Below the pieces are notes generated by a model. It worked only from the letters and a program-made list of their open reading frames with translations. It was not told the origin of the DNA and did not search any database. This document shows, in pieces, positions 38,557 to 47,561 of a stretch of DNA of 64,000 bases (position 1 is the stretch's first letter; the number at the start of each line of letters is the position of its first letter). Source of the DNA: Polyangiaceae bacterium (lineage in GTDB: Bacteria > Myxococcota_A > Polyangia > Polyangiales > Polyangiaceae); the NCBI GenBank assembly GCA_044376115.1, contig JBILLK010000003.1:96001-160000 (forward strand). The letters run 5' to 3'. The position numbers were made by a program, and so were the translations under genes.

Positions 38557-39992
38557 AGGCACTCTTTGCGGAAGCGCTTCACGCCGTCGGGGCCCACTGC
38601 CCATCGCTGAGTACAGTCGGGTTTGGGAGCCGCTACGGGCGCAGGGGTTGCTGAAGGAAGCCGTGTGACCGGTCGACTCGTTGGATGGCCATCGGCCTGA
38701 CTGTTTGGCCTTGGCGAAGACGGAAGCGCGCTTGGCGTTACCGGTTCGTCGTTGCGGGTGGTTGAAGGAGTCACCGCGATGGTCTCCGTAGCTACGGGCT
38801 TGGCAGAAGGCTCGGCGGCTCGTTCCGCGGACGTTGGGGCCGAAGAGGTTGCTCCGGCGACGGTGTCGCCATGGGGTTGGCGGCGGAAGAAGAAGAGACC
38901 AATCGCCGCGCCGGTCCCGATCAGGGCTCCTACAACAAGCGCCCAAAGGAGCGGGTTGCTCTTGCGGGACCCAGCGACAGATGAAGCCAAGCTCATTTGC
39001 CCGCTGGCCAGCTCAGGCGCAGGAAGGTGGTTGCTGACGACCTCAGCAGCACCGCCGCCTTGCATCTCGATTTGCCGTACTCGATTCGTCCGCTTCTGCA
39101 GTTCCTCGCCTCCCGCCGCGCGGACCCACGCCGATACCTCGCGTGGAGATGCCGGCGGAATGACCTGATGCAGGGCGTTCGCAAAAGCCTCGGCGGATTG
39201 AAACCGATTATTGGGGTCTGGCGCCAAAGCGGCTGCCAATAGGTCATCCGCAGCAGCTGGCAAATCTGGACGTACGCTGCGCGGTGCTGGTGGGGTTTTG
39301 CTGATGATCTCCAGCACCAGGCTGGCCTCGCTGTCTGTGTTGTAGAGGCGACGCCCGACGAGGGCCTCCCACAGCACGACGCCTGCTGCGTAGATGTCCA
39401 GCCGGGGAGTGGCGGGCTCATTGCGTATTTGTTCGGGCGCCATATAAGGGATTTTCCCTTTGAGGTGGCCCTCTCGGGTCGTCTGAAGTCGGCCCTGGGC
39501 GTGGGCGATGCCGAAGTCGAGCACCCGGGCGTGTCCGTCGGCGCCAACCAGCAGATTTTGTGGAGAGACGTCGCGGTGCACCAGGTGAAGCGGCTCGCCC
39601 GACGCTGCGGTTGCTTCGTGCGCTGCGCCCAACCCCTGCAACATCTGTCCAACTACGGCTGAAACAATCGCTGGAGTTGGCGGAACCCCGGACCGGCACA
39701 GTCGGGCGAAGGAGTCGCCGTGTAGGTACTCCATCACGAGCAACAGCTCATCGGTCTCCCGCACAACGTCGATGAGTTGCGCAACGTTCGGATGACGTAC
39801 GCGTTGGCTCACTCGCGCTTCGTCAATCAGCATGGCGACAAAGCTCGGGTCGCTGATGAACTGACGATGGAGTCGCTTGATGGCAACCACGCGGTTGAAA
39901 CCTGCCGCGCCGCTCATCACCCCAAGGTGCACAGAAGCCATACCGCCGACGGCAAACTCCTCAAGCAAGGTGTAGCGGCCGACGATTGTCAC
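38553..39992 (-). CDS. Membrane Ser/Thr protein kinase
   Basis: GGMASV, VAIKRLH, HRDVSPQN, DFG, GKIPYMAPE; TM; Pro/Thr-rich tail ending C...GVKRFRKECL. Confidence 0.93.
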   Translation of the reverse strand: MTIVGRYTLLEEFAVGGMASVHLGVMSGAAGFNRVVAIKRLHRQFISDPSFVAMLIDEARVSQRVRHPNVAQLIDVVRETDELLLVMEYLHGDSFARLCRSGVPPTPAIVSAVVGQMLQGLGAAHEATAASGEPLHLVHRDVSPQNLLVGADGHARVLDFGIAHAQGRLQTTREGHLKGKIPYMAPEQIRNEPATPRLDIYAAGVVLWEALVGRRLYNTDSEASLVLEIISKTPPAPRSVRPDLPAAADDLLAAALAPDPNNRFQSAEAFANALHQVIPPASPREVSAWVRAAGGEELQKRTNRVRQIEMQGGGAAEVVSNHLPAPELASGQMSLASSVAGSRKSNPLLWALVVGALIGTGAAIGLFFFRRQPHGDTVAGATSSAPTSAERAAEPSAKPVATETIAVTPSTTRNDEPVTPSALPSSPRPNSQADGHPTSRPVTRLPSATPAPVAAPKPDCTQRWAVGPDGVKRFRKECL

Positions 39993-40043
39993 AACCTTCT
40001 CAGGTTAACACGGTGAGTCCAACGTGCGGGCGAATCAGTCAAC

Positions 40044-40069
40044 GTAACGGAAGGGTTGAGGTAGCATCT
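40044..40069 (+). promoter_or_regulatory. Candidate ECF-sigma promoter GTAAC-N16-CATCT
   Basis: GTAAC 40044-48, CATCT 40065-69, ATG 40075. Resembles the AAC(-35)/CGTC-like(-10) ECF architecture. Confidence 0.3.
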
Positions 40070-40074
40070 CGGCG

Positions 40075-40878
40075 ATGCTGCTCTCAAGGTTCGTGGGCGT
40101 ATGTGCGGCAACCTTTGGCTTCGTATCGCCGGCCTTCGCTCAGGCTACTTCCGCACCCGGACCAACGATTGATCAGTGTGTGGGTGCACACGAACAAGGT
40201 CAAAAGGCTCGCTTTGATGCGCATCCGGCCGCAGCGCGCGACGAGTTCCTGACCTGCTCCAATCAAACCTGTCCCGCGGAGGTGCAGGTCGATTGCCTGC
40301 GCTGGTTGCGCGAGGTCGAGGCGCTACTAGGTCGCTTGGAAGTGGAAGCTGGAGGCGCAGCTGTCTCGGTGGACGGCGTAGTCAAGCCTCAAGGGGTGAT
40401 CTGGATTGAAGCCGGTTTGCATGAGGTTCAGGCGACCTTCCCCGACGGCAGGACCAAGCTTGAACGGGTGCGCGTGAGTGCAGGCGCATTCGAACGGGTG
40501 GTTATCGTGCCAGCCGCTCCGCAAGCCCCAATCTCGCAACCTGCTGCGCCTAACCAATCGGGCGACGAAGGTGGCAGTGTCCCCATTCTCGGAGTGTCGC
40601 TGCTGGCCGCGGGTGGTGCAGCGCTGGTCGCGTTTGGAATTTCTGCCGGGCTCGGGGCGAGCAACTACGATGCGCTCGAGGCTTCAGGCTGCGCGCCGAG
40701 CTGCGACGCAAGCGCCGTTGACGAAGTTGATACGCAGTTCCTTGTCGCTGATGTCAGCTTGGGGCTGGGCATCGGTTTGGCCGTGGCCGGAGGGGTAGCG
40801 CTGATTGTTGAGCTCGTCGTGCTGAATGACAGCTCGCCTACGGCGGCACGCTTCGACCACGGGGTACTCCGCTTTTGA
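40075..40878 (+). CDS. Exported PEGA-like protein typical of myxobacterial kinase loci
   Basis: Signal peptide; C..AHEQGQ..R...AR.EFL.CS...CP..VQ.DC.RWL; VSVDG...GLHEV; C-terminal TMs flanking GCAPSC. Confidence 0.75.
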   Translation: MLLSRFVGVCAATFGFVSPAFAQATSAPGPTIDQCVGAHEQGQKARFDAHPAAARDEFLTCSNQTCPAEVQVDCLRWLREVEALLGRLEVEAGGAAVSVDGVVKPQGVIWIEAGLHEVQATFPDGRTKLERVRVSAGAFERVVIVPAAPQAPISQPAAPNQSGDEGGSVPILGVSLLAAGGAALVAFGISAGLGASNYDALEASGCAPSCDASAVDEVDTQFLVADVSLGLGIGLAVAGGVALIVELVVLNDSSPTAARFDHGVLRF

Positions 40879-40890
40879 CCACCATTATTC

Positions 40891-40903
40891 GACTGTAACA
40901 GTC
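40891..40903. promoter_or_regulatory. Perfect palindrome GACTGT-A-ACAGTC directly upstream of the acyl-CoA ligase (candidate repressor operator)
   Basis: Lies between a TTGACC hexamer (40875-80) and the GGAG ribosome-binding site. Confidence 0.4.
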
Positions 40904-40916
40904 ATTGGAGAGCGCA

Positions 40917-42572
40917 ATGAACGGCTGCATGATGGACTTCCCGCTGACGATCACTCACCTGTTGGACCGTGCGCTCGCGCTGTTTCCCGAGGTTGAAGTG
41001 GTCACTCGACTTGCCGACCGTTCGCTTCACAGACAATCCTATCGAGACACCTATCGGCGTTCTGCGCTGTTGGGGGCAGCGCTGAGGCGGCTTGGTGCAA
41101 AGCAAGGCGACCGGGTCGCGACGCTATGTTGGAATCATCGGCAGCACCTCGAATGCTATTTGGGCGTGCCGGCCATCGGCGCGGTAGTGCATACGCTCAA
41201 CTTGCGACTCCACCCGACTGAGCTGGCCTACATCGCGAATCACGCGGGGGACCGCTTCTTGGTCGTGGATCGATCCCTGCTGCCCTTGCTCGAGAAATTT
41301 CGTTCACAGCTGACCTCGGTGGAACACTTCATCGTCGTCCCCGACGCTCCGGGAAACGTTGAGGAACCGTTCCTCGACTACGAGGCCCTGCTTGATGCTG
41401 AAACAGTGGAGTTGCCTGCGTCGCCTTGGTCGGGCCATGCAGTGGGGTTCGTGCGGCCGGAAGAGAACGCCGCCGCGATGATTTGCTACACCTCCGGAAC
41501 TACGGGCAACCCCAAGGGCGTCGTCTTTTCGCATCGGTCGACGGTGCTCCACGCGTTCGCAGGCTCGACGGTCGATTCGATTGGCGTTGGCTCGCAGGAC
41601 GTTTTGCTACCAGTCGTGCCAATGTTCCATGCCGCCGCTTGGGGCTTGCCGTACATGGCTGTCCTCAACGGCGCGAAGATCGTGTTTCCGGGGCCACACC
41701 TCGACGCGCCCTCCTTGTTGGAGCTCATGGCCGCCGAGAAGGTTACGGTCGCGGGCGGAGTTCCAACCATCTGGAATGGCATCTTGGCCAAGCTGGATGC
41801 CGAGCCTGGTCGCTGGGATCTCAGCGCGATGCGCACCATGGTGATCGGCGGAGCCGCAGCGCCGCCGGCGATGATTGACGCTTTCCGCGAGCGCCACGGG
41901 CTGATCGTGACGCACGCCTGGGGCATGACGGAGACGAACCCGCTGGGCACCATCGCTCACCTAAGTCCAAAGGTGAAGGCGCAGGGAGCCGAGGCCGTTG
42001 CTGCGGCGCGGGCATCGCAAGGCGTCCCGGTTCCCTTCGTCGAAACGCGACACGTCGATGACGCCGACAAGCCTTTGCCTTGGGATGGAAAGACGATGGG
42101 TGAGCTCCATGTGCGGGGGCCCTGGGTCGCAAAGTCCTATTTCGGGGGTGACGGGAAAGATCGCTTCACCGATGACGGCTGGTTCCGTACCGGGGACATC
42201 GTCACCATTGATGCGGATGGCTACGTTCGGATTACCGATCGTTCGAAGGATGTCGTGAAGTCGGGCGGCGAATGGATCAGCAGCGTCGCGCTCGAGAACG
42301 CGCTGATGGCTCACCCAGCGATCTTGGAGGCAGCGGTGTTCGCGGGAAAGCATCCCAAATGGGATGAGCGACCGATCGCGGCGATCGTATTCAAGCCGGG
42401 AAAGTCGGCCTCACACGAGGAACTCAATGCGCACTTGGAAGGTAGTTTTCCCAAGTTCTGGCTGATCGATCTGTATGTTGAAGTTGAAGAGGTCCCGCGC
42501 AACTCCACGGGTAAGTTCCTCAAAACCAAGCTGCGCGAGCTCTACGGAGATCGGTTGCTTGGTAGCAGCTGA
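40917..42572 (+). CDS. Fatty acid-CoA ligase (AlkK/DmdB-like)
   Basis: CYTSGTTGNPKGV, VVPMFHAAAWGLPY, HAWGMTETNP, GWFRTGD, ITDRSKDVVKSGGEWISS, HPKWDERP. Confidence 0.92.
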   Translation: MNGCMMDFPLTITHLLDRALALFPEVEVVTRLADRSLHRQSYRDTYRRSALLGAALRRLGAKQGDRVATLCWNHRQHLECYLGVPAIGAVVHTLNLRLHPTELAYIANHAGDRFLVVDRSLLPLLEKFRSQLTSVEHFIVVPDAPGNVEEPFLDYEALLDAETVELPASPWSGHAVGFVRPEENAAAMICYTSGTTGNPKGVVFSHRSTVLHAFAGSTVDSIGVGSQDVLLPVVPMFHAAAWGLPYMAVLNGAKIVFPGPHLDAPSLLELMAAEKVTVAGGVPTIWNGILAKLDAEPGRWDLSAMRTMVIGGAAAPPAMIDAFRERHGLIVTHAWGMTETNPLGTIAHLSPKVKAQGAEAVAAARASQGVPVPFVETRHVDDADKPLPWDGKTMGELHVRGPWVAKSYFGGDGKDRFTDDGWFRTGDIVTIDADGYVRITDRSKDVVKSGGEWISSVALENALMAHPAILEAAVFAGKHPKWDERPIAAIVFKPGKSASHEELNAHLEGSFPKFWLIDLYVEVEEVPRNSTGKFLKTKLRELYGDRLLGSS

Positions 42573-42575
42573 GCT

Positions 42576-42872
42576 TTACTTCGGGGGCGCAACGCAGGCT
42601 TGAAGGGCTGTTGCTTCCGCGGCGCATAACTCCACGATCGGCGCGCACACATCAACTTGCGTTGCTTCACAGTCTTGCACGGCCTCGAGCTCGGCCTCGC
42701 AGTTGCCAGCCTGCTCAGCGGCCTCAGCGCAGAGTTCCTCGCAGTCGACCTCAGGGTCTGCATCGGGACAGCCTCGAGCCTCCTCACACACGGCGAGGCA
42801 CGGATCGGTGCAAGCCACGCAGCCCAGGGCGAGGGCGGTGACCGCTATGAGCTTGGCTACGAGCGACCTCAC
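42576..42872 (-). CDS. Small Cys-rich lipoprotein
   Basis: Signal ending LALGCVAC, then CxxxC helical pairs. GTGA overlap with the enoyl-CoA hydratase stop. Confidence 0.65.
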   Translation of the reverse strand: MRSLVAKLIAVTALALGCVACTDPCLAVCEEARGCPDADPEVDCEELCAEAAEQAGNCEAELEAVQDCEATQVDVCAPIVELCAAEATALQACVAPPK

Positions 42873-43654
42873 TTACCGGTAAAGCGAGGGGGACGCTTCT
42901 CCGCGAAGGCTGCGAGAGCTTCCAAGCGATCGGTCGAGCGCAGCGTCTCGTCGTAGTGCACACGCTCGAGTTGAAGGCCTTGATCGAGATCGGTGCTTAG
43001 CGCGATGTCCACCGCCGCCAATGCAGCGGCTTGTGCAATGGGTGCGCCCTCGGCAATCGGCTTGATGAAGGCAATGACGTCTTCAACGACATCCACGTTC
43101 GCCGGGCTAATGCGATTGACCAGTCCCCACGCCAAGGCTGTTTCAGCGTTGATGGGGCGCCCCAGAAGGATCATCTCCTTGGCGCGGGCCTCTCCGATCA
43201 CACGTGGGAGCCGCTGGGTCCCACCGGCTCCCGGAATGATCCCGAGCGTGGTTTCGGGTAGCGCCAGCATGGCTGAAGGAACGCACACGCGCAGATCGCA
43301 AATCAGCGCCAGCTCCAGCCCGCCGCCGAACGCGCTGCCGTTGAGCGCAGCAACGACTGGTTTGGGACTCTTGTCGAGGATGCCGAGCTCAGTTCGGTAA
43401 AGCCCTACCTGCACCCGAACGTCCTCGTTCGTGAAGGCCTGCCGTTCCTTCAAATCAGCTCCGGCGCAGAACACCTTGTCCCCGCTGGCCGTAATCACGA
43501 TTGCGCGAATATCCGCGTCGAGCACGAGCTCGCGACCGAGCCGCCCGAGTTCGGTCAGGGTTAGCCGCGAGAGCGCGTTTCGACGCTCCGGCCGATCGAC
43601 GGTGAGGATGCCTACGGGACCACGACGCTCGAGCCGGACCGGTGTTTCGCTCAT
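42869..43654 (-). CDS. Enoyl-CoA hydratase/isomerase (crotonase family)
   Basis: RPERRNAL, FCAGADLKE, AFGGGLELAL, LPETTLGIIPGAGGTQRLPR, FAEKRPPRF. Confidence 0.92.
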   Translation of the reverse strand: MSETPVRLERRGPVGILTVDRPERRNALSRLTLTELGRLGRELVLDADIRAIVITASGDKVFCAGADLKERQAFTNEDVRVQVGLYRTELGILDKSPKPVVAALNGSAFGGGLELALICDLRVCVPSAMLALPETTLGIIPGAGGTQRLPRVIGEARAKEMILLGRPINAETALAWGLVNRISPANVDVVEDVIAFIKPIAEGAPIAQAAALAAVDIALSTDLDQGLQLERVHYDETLRSTDRLEALAAFAEKRPPRFTGK

Positions 43655-43693
43655 AGCGAATCGATTATCACGATCTCGCGCGGCGGGGGATGC

Positions 43694-44494
43694 TCAGCCG
43701 CGGGCGAACGCGTACGAACGTTTCCATTCTTCAAGCAGTGCGCCGTCGTCGAGATCGCGCGGATGAAAACCCTGCTTGAAGTAGCTGAGCCAGGTGCGGG
43801 CAATCGTGCGCATTCCGCCGGGCGTGATGAACAGGAACCGGAACAGCCGCCACCACTCGCTAGCGGAGAAGAGGCAGCCATCCGCGTGCATGAGTACGCA
43901 TTGATGTTGAGCGATCTTCGCCCAGAAGAAGAGCGTGGTGACGAGCATCATGAACAGCCGCTCGAACTCGGTTCCGCCAGCCGCTCGAAAGACGTCGAAG
44001 GGCACTGTCTTGTGCTCGCTCTCCTCGGCCGCGTGCCATTGCCAGAGGCGCTGCATCGCTGGGTGCGCGCCCTCGAGGTTGCGTGGGTCTCCGAGGAGCA
44101 ACAGCGCCATCATGCCGGTAAAGTGCTCGAGCGCACAGGTGATGGCGAGCTGCTTGCGCCGCGGTAGGCGTTTCTGCGCTCTCCGCAACAGGCGCTGCAC
44201 TTGGGGTTCAAGCCGGTCTACCGGGTAACCGTGTGCCTGCAGATGCGCGTTGTAGCCGTCGTGTTCGCGTCCGTGGATCCCTTCTTGTGCCGCAAATCGA
44301 AGCACCTCCTGCTGGAGCTCGGCTGTGGCGTGCTGGGCGTGCGCACGCACAGACGCGACGAAGAAGCGCTCGCCGGCTGGGAAAAAGATCGAGAGACCGT
44401 CGAAGAAGATCGAAACGGCGCGGCCGGCGCCGTGCCAGTGCTTGGGCACCGCGTTCTCCCCGATTGAAAACCTCAAGTCGCGAACCTCGAGCAT
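43694..44494 (-). CDS. Predicted metal-dependent hydrolase (ExxH di-metal family)
   Basis: LSIFFPAGERFFV, FAAQEGIHGREH, TCALEHFT, WHAAEESEHK, YFKQGFHP. ATG 44494 preferred over 44566. Confidence 0.85.
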   Translation of the reverse strand: MLEVRDLRFSIGENAVPKHWHGAGRAVSIFFDGLSIFFPAGERFFVASVRAHAQHATAELQQEVLRFAAQEGIHGREHDGYNAHLQAHGYPVDRLEPQVQRLLRRAQKRLPRRKQLAITCALEHFTGMMALLLLGDPRNLEGAHPAMQRLWQWHAAEESEHKTVPFDVFRAAGGTEFERLFMMLVTTLFFWAKIAQHQCVLMHADGCLFSASEWWRLFRFLFITPGGMRTIARTWLSYFKQGFHPRDLDDGALLEEWKRSYAFARG

Positions 44495-44529
44495 TGATTG
44501 ATGATGAGGTAGCGGGGCTTCCGAGGGCA

Positions 44530-44565
44530 GGTTAGGTTGAGCCAACCTTTTGTCATTTGGGGCCA
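44530..44565 (-). promoter_or_regulatory. Candidate AraC/XylS binding site: two TGGC half-sites with 21-bp period
   Basis: Minus strand reads TGGCCCCAAATGACA-aaaggt-TGGCTCAACCTAACC, between the divergent AraC and hydrolase genes. Confidence 0.4.
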
Positions 44566-45581
44566 TGCTCTACTCCGAAGCGTACATTCCGGCTGTGCAT
44601 GCCCTTCATCTTGCGGAGGTTGCTGCACGTTATGGCGTGACGAGCAGTCAGCTGTTCTCTGTGGCGGGCCTTCGCGAAGTTGACCTTTCGGAGCCAGAGG
44701 AGCGCCTCCCGGTCCCCGTCGTCACGCAGCTCATCGAGCGCGCGCGCGTCCTCACCGGAGAGCCAGCGATCGGCATTCTGCTGGGCCTTCAAATGCGGAT
44801 ATCGGCGCACGGCTATCTTGGCTTTGCTGCGATGGTTGCAAGCACGATCGGCGAGGCGCTCGAGATCGCCGTTCGCTACGCGCCAACTCGAACCAACGCG
44901 CTCGCGCTTCGACTTGTGAGCGAGGGCGAGCAGGCCGCGCTCGTGATCGATGAGGTCGCGTCGTTCGGTACTGCACGAGATGCGGTGCTGTTCGCGCTGA
45001 TGGAGGGTATTCGGCAGATCGGGCAGGCGCTGACGGGTAGAAGGCTCGCAGGCGGCCGGGCCGAAGTAACGTTCCCGGAGCCCGCTTACTTCGCCAAGTT
45101 TGCGGCCGTGACCGATGCTCCGCGCGTGCGCTTCGGTTGCGCAGAAAATCGACTGCTTTTCCCACGCGAAGTGCTCAATGTCCCGCTCAAGCTCGCTGAC
45201 CCCGCGGCCTTCAAATTGGCTCACGAGCAATGTGAACAGGCCCTCGCCGCCATCCGCGACGCAACACGCTTGAGCTCGAAAGTGCGTTCATTGCTGATGC
45301 GCAAAGGAGGCACAGCGCGTTCGCTCGAGGGGGTAGCGGACACGCTCCACCTTTCGTCACGCACGCTCAAGCGACACCTCGCCTCGGAAGGGACCACCTT
45401 CAAACAGCTGCTGGACGAGGCCCGCAAAGACGTGGCGTTGCGCTTGATCGGCTCGGATATGTCGCTCGACGTTGTCGCCGAGCGGTTGGGCTATTCAGAT
45501 CTGGCTAACTTCACGAGAGCCTTCCGGCGGTGGACCGGAAAGACGCCGGGCGCAGTTCGCCGCGAGCGCAGGCCACCCTAG
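44565..45581 (+). CDS. AraC family transcriptional regulator (OruR-like ligand domain)
   Basis: GEPAIGILLG...HGYLGFAAM; HTH LEGVADTLHLSSRTLKRHL...GTTF...VAERLGYSDLANFTRAFRRWTGKTP. Confidence 0.92.
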   Translation: MLYSEAYIPAVHALHLAEVAARYGVTSSQLFSVAGLREVDLSEPEERLPVPVVTQLIERARVLTGEPAIGILLGLQMRISAHGYLGFAAMVASTIGEALEIAVRYAPTRTNALALRLVSEGEQAALVIDEVASFGTARDAVLFALMEGIRQIGQALTGRRLAGGRAEVTFPEPAYFAKFAAVTDAPRVRFGCAENRLLFPREVLNVPLKLADPAAFKLAHEQCEQALAAIRDATRLSSKVRSLLMRKGGTARSLEGVADTLHLSSRTLKRHLASEGTTFKQLLDEARKDVALRLIGSDMSLDVVAERLGYSDLANFTRAFRRWTGKTPGAVRRERRPP

Positions 45582-47543
45582 TCACTTCTTGAGCTGGCTA
45601 CGCGCCTCGAGCTCTTCCCAGCGCGCATAGAGGCGTTGCACCTCGGCTTCACCCTTGGCCAGGGCCTCGCGCAGCGCGACGACCTTGTCTGCGGGCCCGG
45701 CATAAAGCGCTGGGTCACTCAGCTTCGCTGAAAGCTCGCTGACCTCGGCTTCCAGCGCGCCGATCTTGTCCATCAGCCCCTCGAGCTCGCGCTTCTCGTT
45801 CCAGCTGAGTGGTTTCCCTTCGCTGGGCTTTGAGACCGGTGCTGGAGCTTCGGCTTCCTTTGCTCGCGCAGTTCGCTCTTTTTCGACGATCGCAGCGGCT
45901 GCAGCTCCTGCTTTCTTCTGCGCCAAAAAGCTCTGGTAGTTGCCTGCATAGCGAACGACCTTGCCGTCTCCCTCGAAGGAGAGGATTCCCGTCGTAACGC
46001 GATCGAGAAAGGCCCGATCGTGAGAGACGATCAACGCGCAGCCGGGCCAAGCTTCGAGCAGCTCCTCCACCGCACTCAGGGTAGAGGTGTCGAGATCGTT
46101 GGTGGGCTCGTCGAGCACGAGCAGGTTCTTACCCTCCTTGAGCGCAATCGCGAGGGCAACTCGCGCACGTTCTCCACCCGAAAGACTTGAGGCCAACCGC
46201 CTTTGAGCGTGGCTGTCGAACCCAAAGTGCTCGAGGTAAACGCGCAGCGTTACGTCCTTCTCGGCCAGGGTCGCGTTGCCGCCGCCTTTGGCGAGCGCGC
46301 CTTCGAAGCCGGAGACGTTGTCGAACACACACCAGTCTTCAACGACCGTTGCACGGCTCTGATCGACCAAGGCGATCTTCGTGTTTTTGCCCACTTCGAT
46401 CGTGCCTGCGAGCGGCGGAGTTTCGCCCAAAATGGAGCGCAAGAGGGTGGTCTTTCCGGCACCGTTGGGACCAACGATGCCGAGTCGCTCACCGGCCACA
46501 AGCTTAGTCGTGAGGCTCTTGACCAAGATGCGATCGCCAAAGCCGAGCGTGAGGTTCTCGAGCTCGAGTACGGTCTTGCCGAGGCGCGCCAAATCCGGAC
46601 CAACGCTGGCTAGGCTCAGCCCTGCGGCGCGCTTCGGACCTTCAACGGCGAGCAGCTCTTCTGCGCGCTGGATGCGGGCCTTCTGCTTCGTGGAGCGGGC
46701 CTTTGCACCACGGCGTAGCCAGGCTTGCTCGCGCCGCAGGATGTTCATGCGGTTCTGTTCGGTGCGCGCCTCGTGCTCGAGTCGCAGCGCCTTGGCTTCC
46801 ACGTAATCCGAGTAACCGCCGGCGTACTCGAACACCTTGCCAAACTCGAGCTCGAACATCCGATCGCACACTGCATCCAGGAAGTAGCGATCGTGCGAAA
46901 CGACCAAGACCGCGCCCGGAAACTCTTCCACCAAATAGGTTTCGAGCCATTCGATCGTCTCGGTGTCGAGGTGGTTGGTAGGTTCGTCTAGGATGGCTAG
47001 GTCGGGCTTCGCGACCAACATTTCAGCTAGCGCGGTGCGTCTGCGCTCACCGCCGCTCATGGTCGCTACGTTCTGATCGCCGTTTCGTACGCCGACCTTC
47101 AGCAGGATGTCGTCGATCGTATGGTCGAGCTCAAAGCCGCCTAACTCATCGATGCGGCTCGCCAATGCGGACTGTTTCTCGGCGAGCGCCAAAGCCTCGT
47201 CCTCGGAAAGCTTCGCGTGATCGCTGCGATTGAGTGAATCGAACTCGGCCTTGATGGCGGCCCACTCTCCCAGTCCGGCGCGAACCACTTCTCGCGCGGT
47301 GAGCGCGGGGTCGAGGATGGGCTCCTGATCGAGCACCATGATGCGTGCTCCGCGGCGACGCTCGATCAGGCCACCGTCCATCGGCTCTTTTCCAGCCAAG
47401 ATGGCCAGCAGCGTGGACTTGCCGGCGCCATTGTCTCCAAGCAGCCCGACGCGCTCCTTGCGAGTGATGGTTAGTGTGACGTCCTCGAGGAGCGCGCGCG
47501 CACCGAAGGCCTTGGACAGACCACGCGCCGACAATACGGGCAT
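45582..47543 (-). CDS. uup: ABC-F ATPase, Uup-like
   Basis: Two ABC domains, linker EQAWLRRGAKARSTKQKAR, C-terminal coiled coil LSWNEKRELE...LSDPALY...RWEELE. Confidence 0.85.
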   Translation of the reverse strand: MPVLSARGLSKAFGARALLEDVTLTITRKERVGLLGDNGAGKSTLLAILAGKEPMDGGLIERRRGARIMVLDQEPILDPALTAREVVRAGLGEWAAIKAEFDSLNRSDHAKLSEDEALALAEKQSALASRIDELGGFELDHTIDDILLKVGVRNGDQNVATMSGGERRRTALAEMLVAKPDLAILDEPTNHLDTETIEWLETYLVEEFPGAVLVVSHDRYFLDAVCDRMFELEFGKVFEYAGGYSDYVEAKALRLEHEARTEQNRMNILRREQAWLRRGAKARSTKQKARIQRAEELLAVEGPKRAAGLSLASVGPDLARLGKTVLELENLTLGFGDRILVKSLTTKLVAGERLGIVGPNGAGKTTLLRSILGETPPLAGTIEVGKNTKIALVDQSRATVVEDWCVFDNVSGFEGALAKGGGNATLAEKDVTLRVYLEHFGFDSHAQRRLASSLSGGERARVALAIALKEGKNLLVLDEPTNDLDTSTLSAVEELLEAWPGCALIVSHDRAFLDRVTTGILSFEGDGKVVRYAGNYQSFLAQKKAGAAAAAIVEKERTARAKEAEAPAPVSKPSEGKPLSWNEKRELEGLMDKIGALEAEVSELSAKLSDPALYAGPADKVVALREALAKGEAEVQRLYARWEELEARSQLKK

Positions 47544-47561
47544 TTTGAATGAACTCTCAGT

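Noticed and set aside
44550..44567. Divergent genes sharing one CATG for both start codons
   Set aside because: This would leave no room for promoters; the hydrolase more plausibly starts at ATG 44494.
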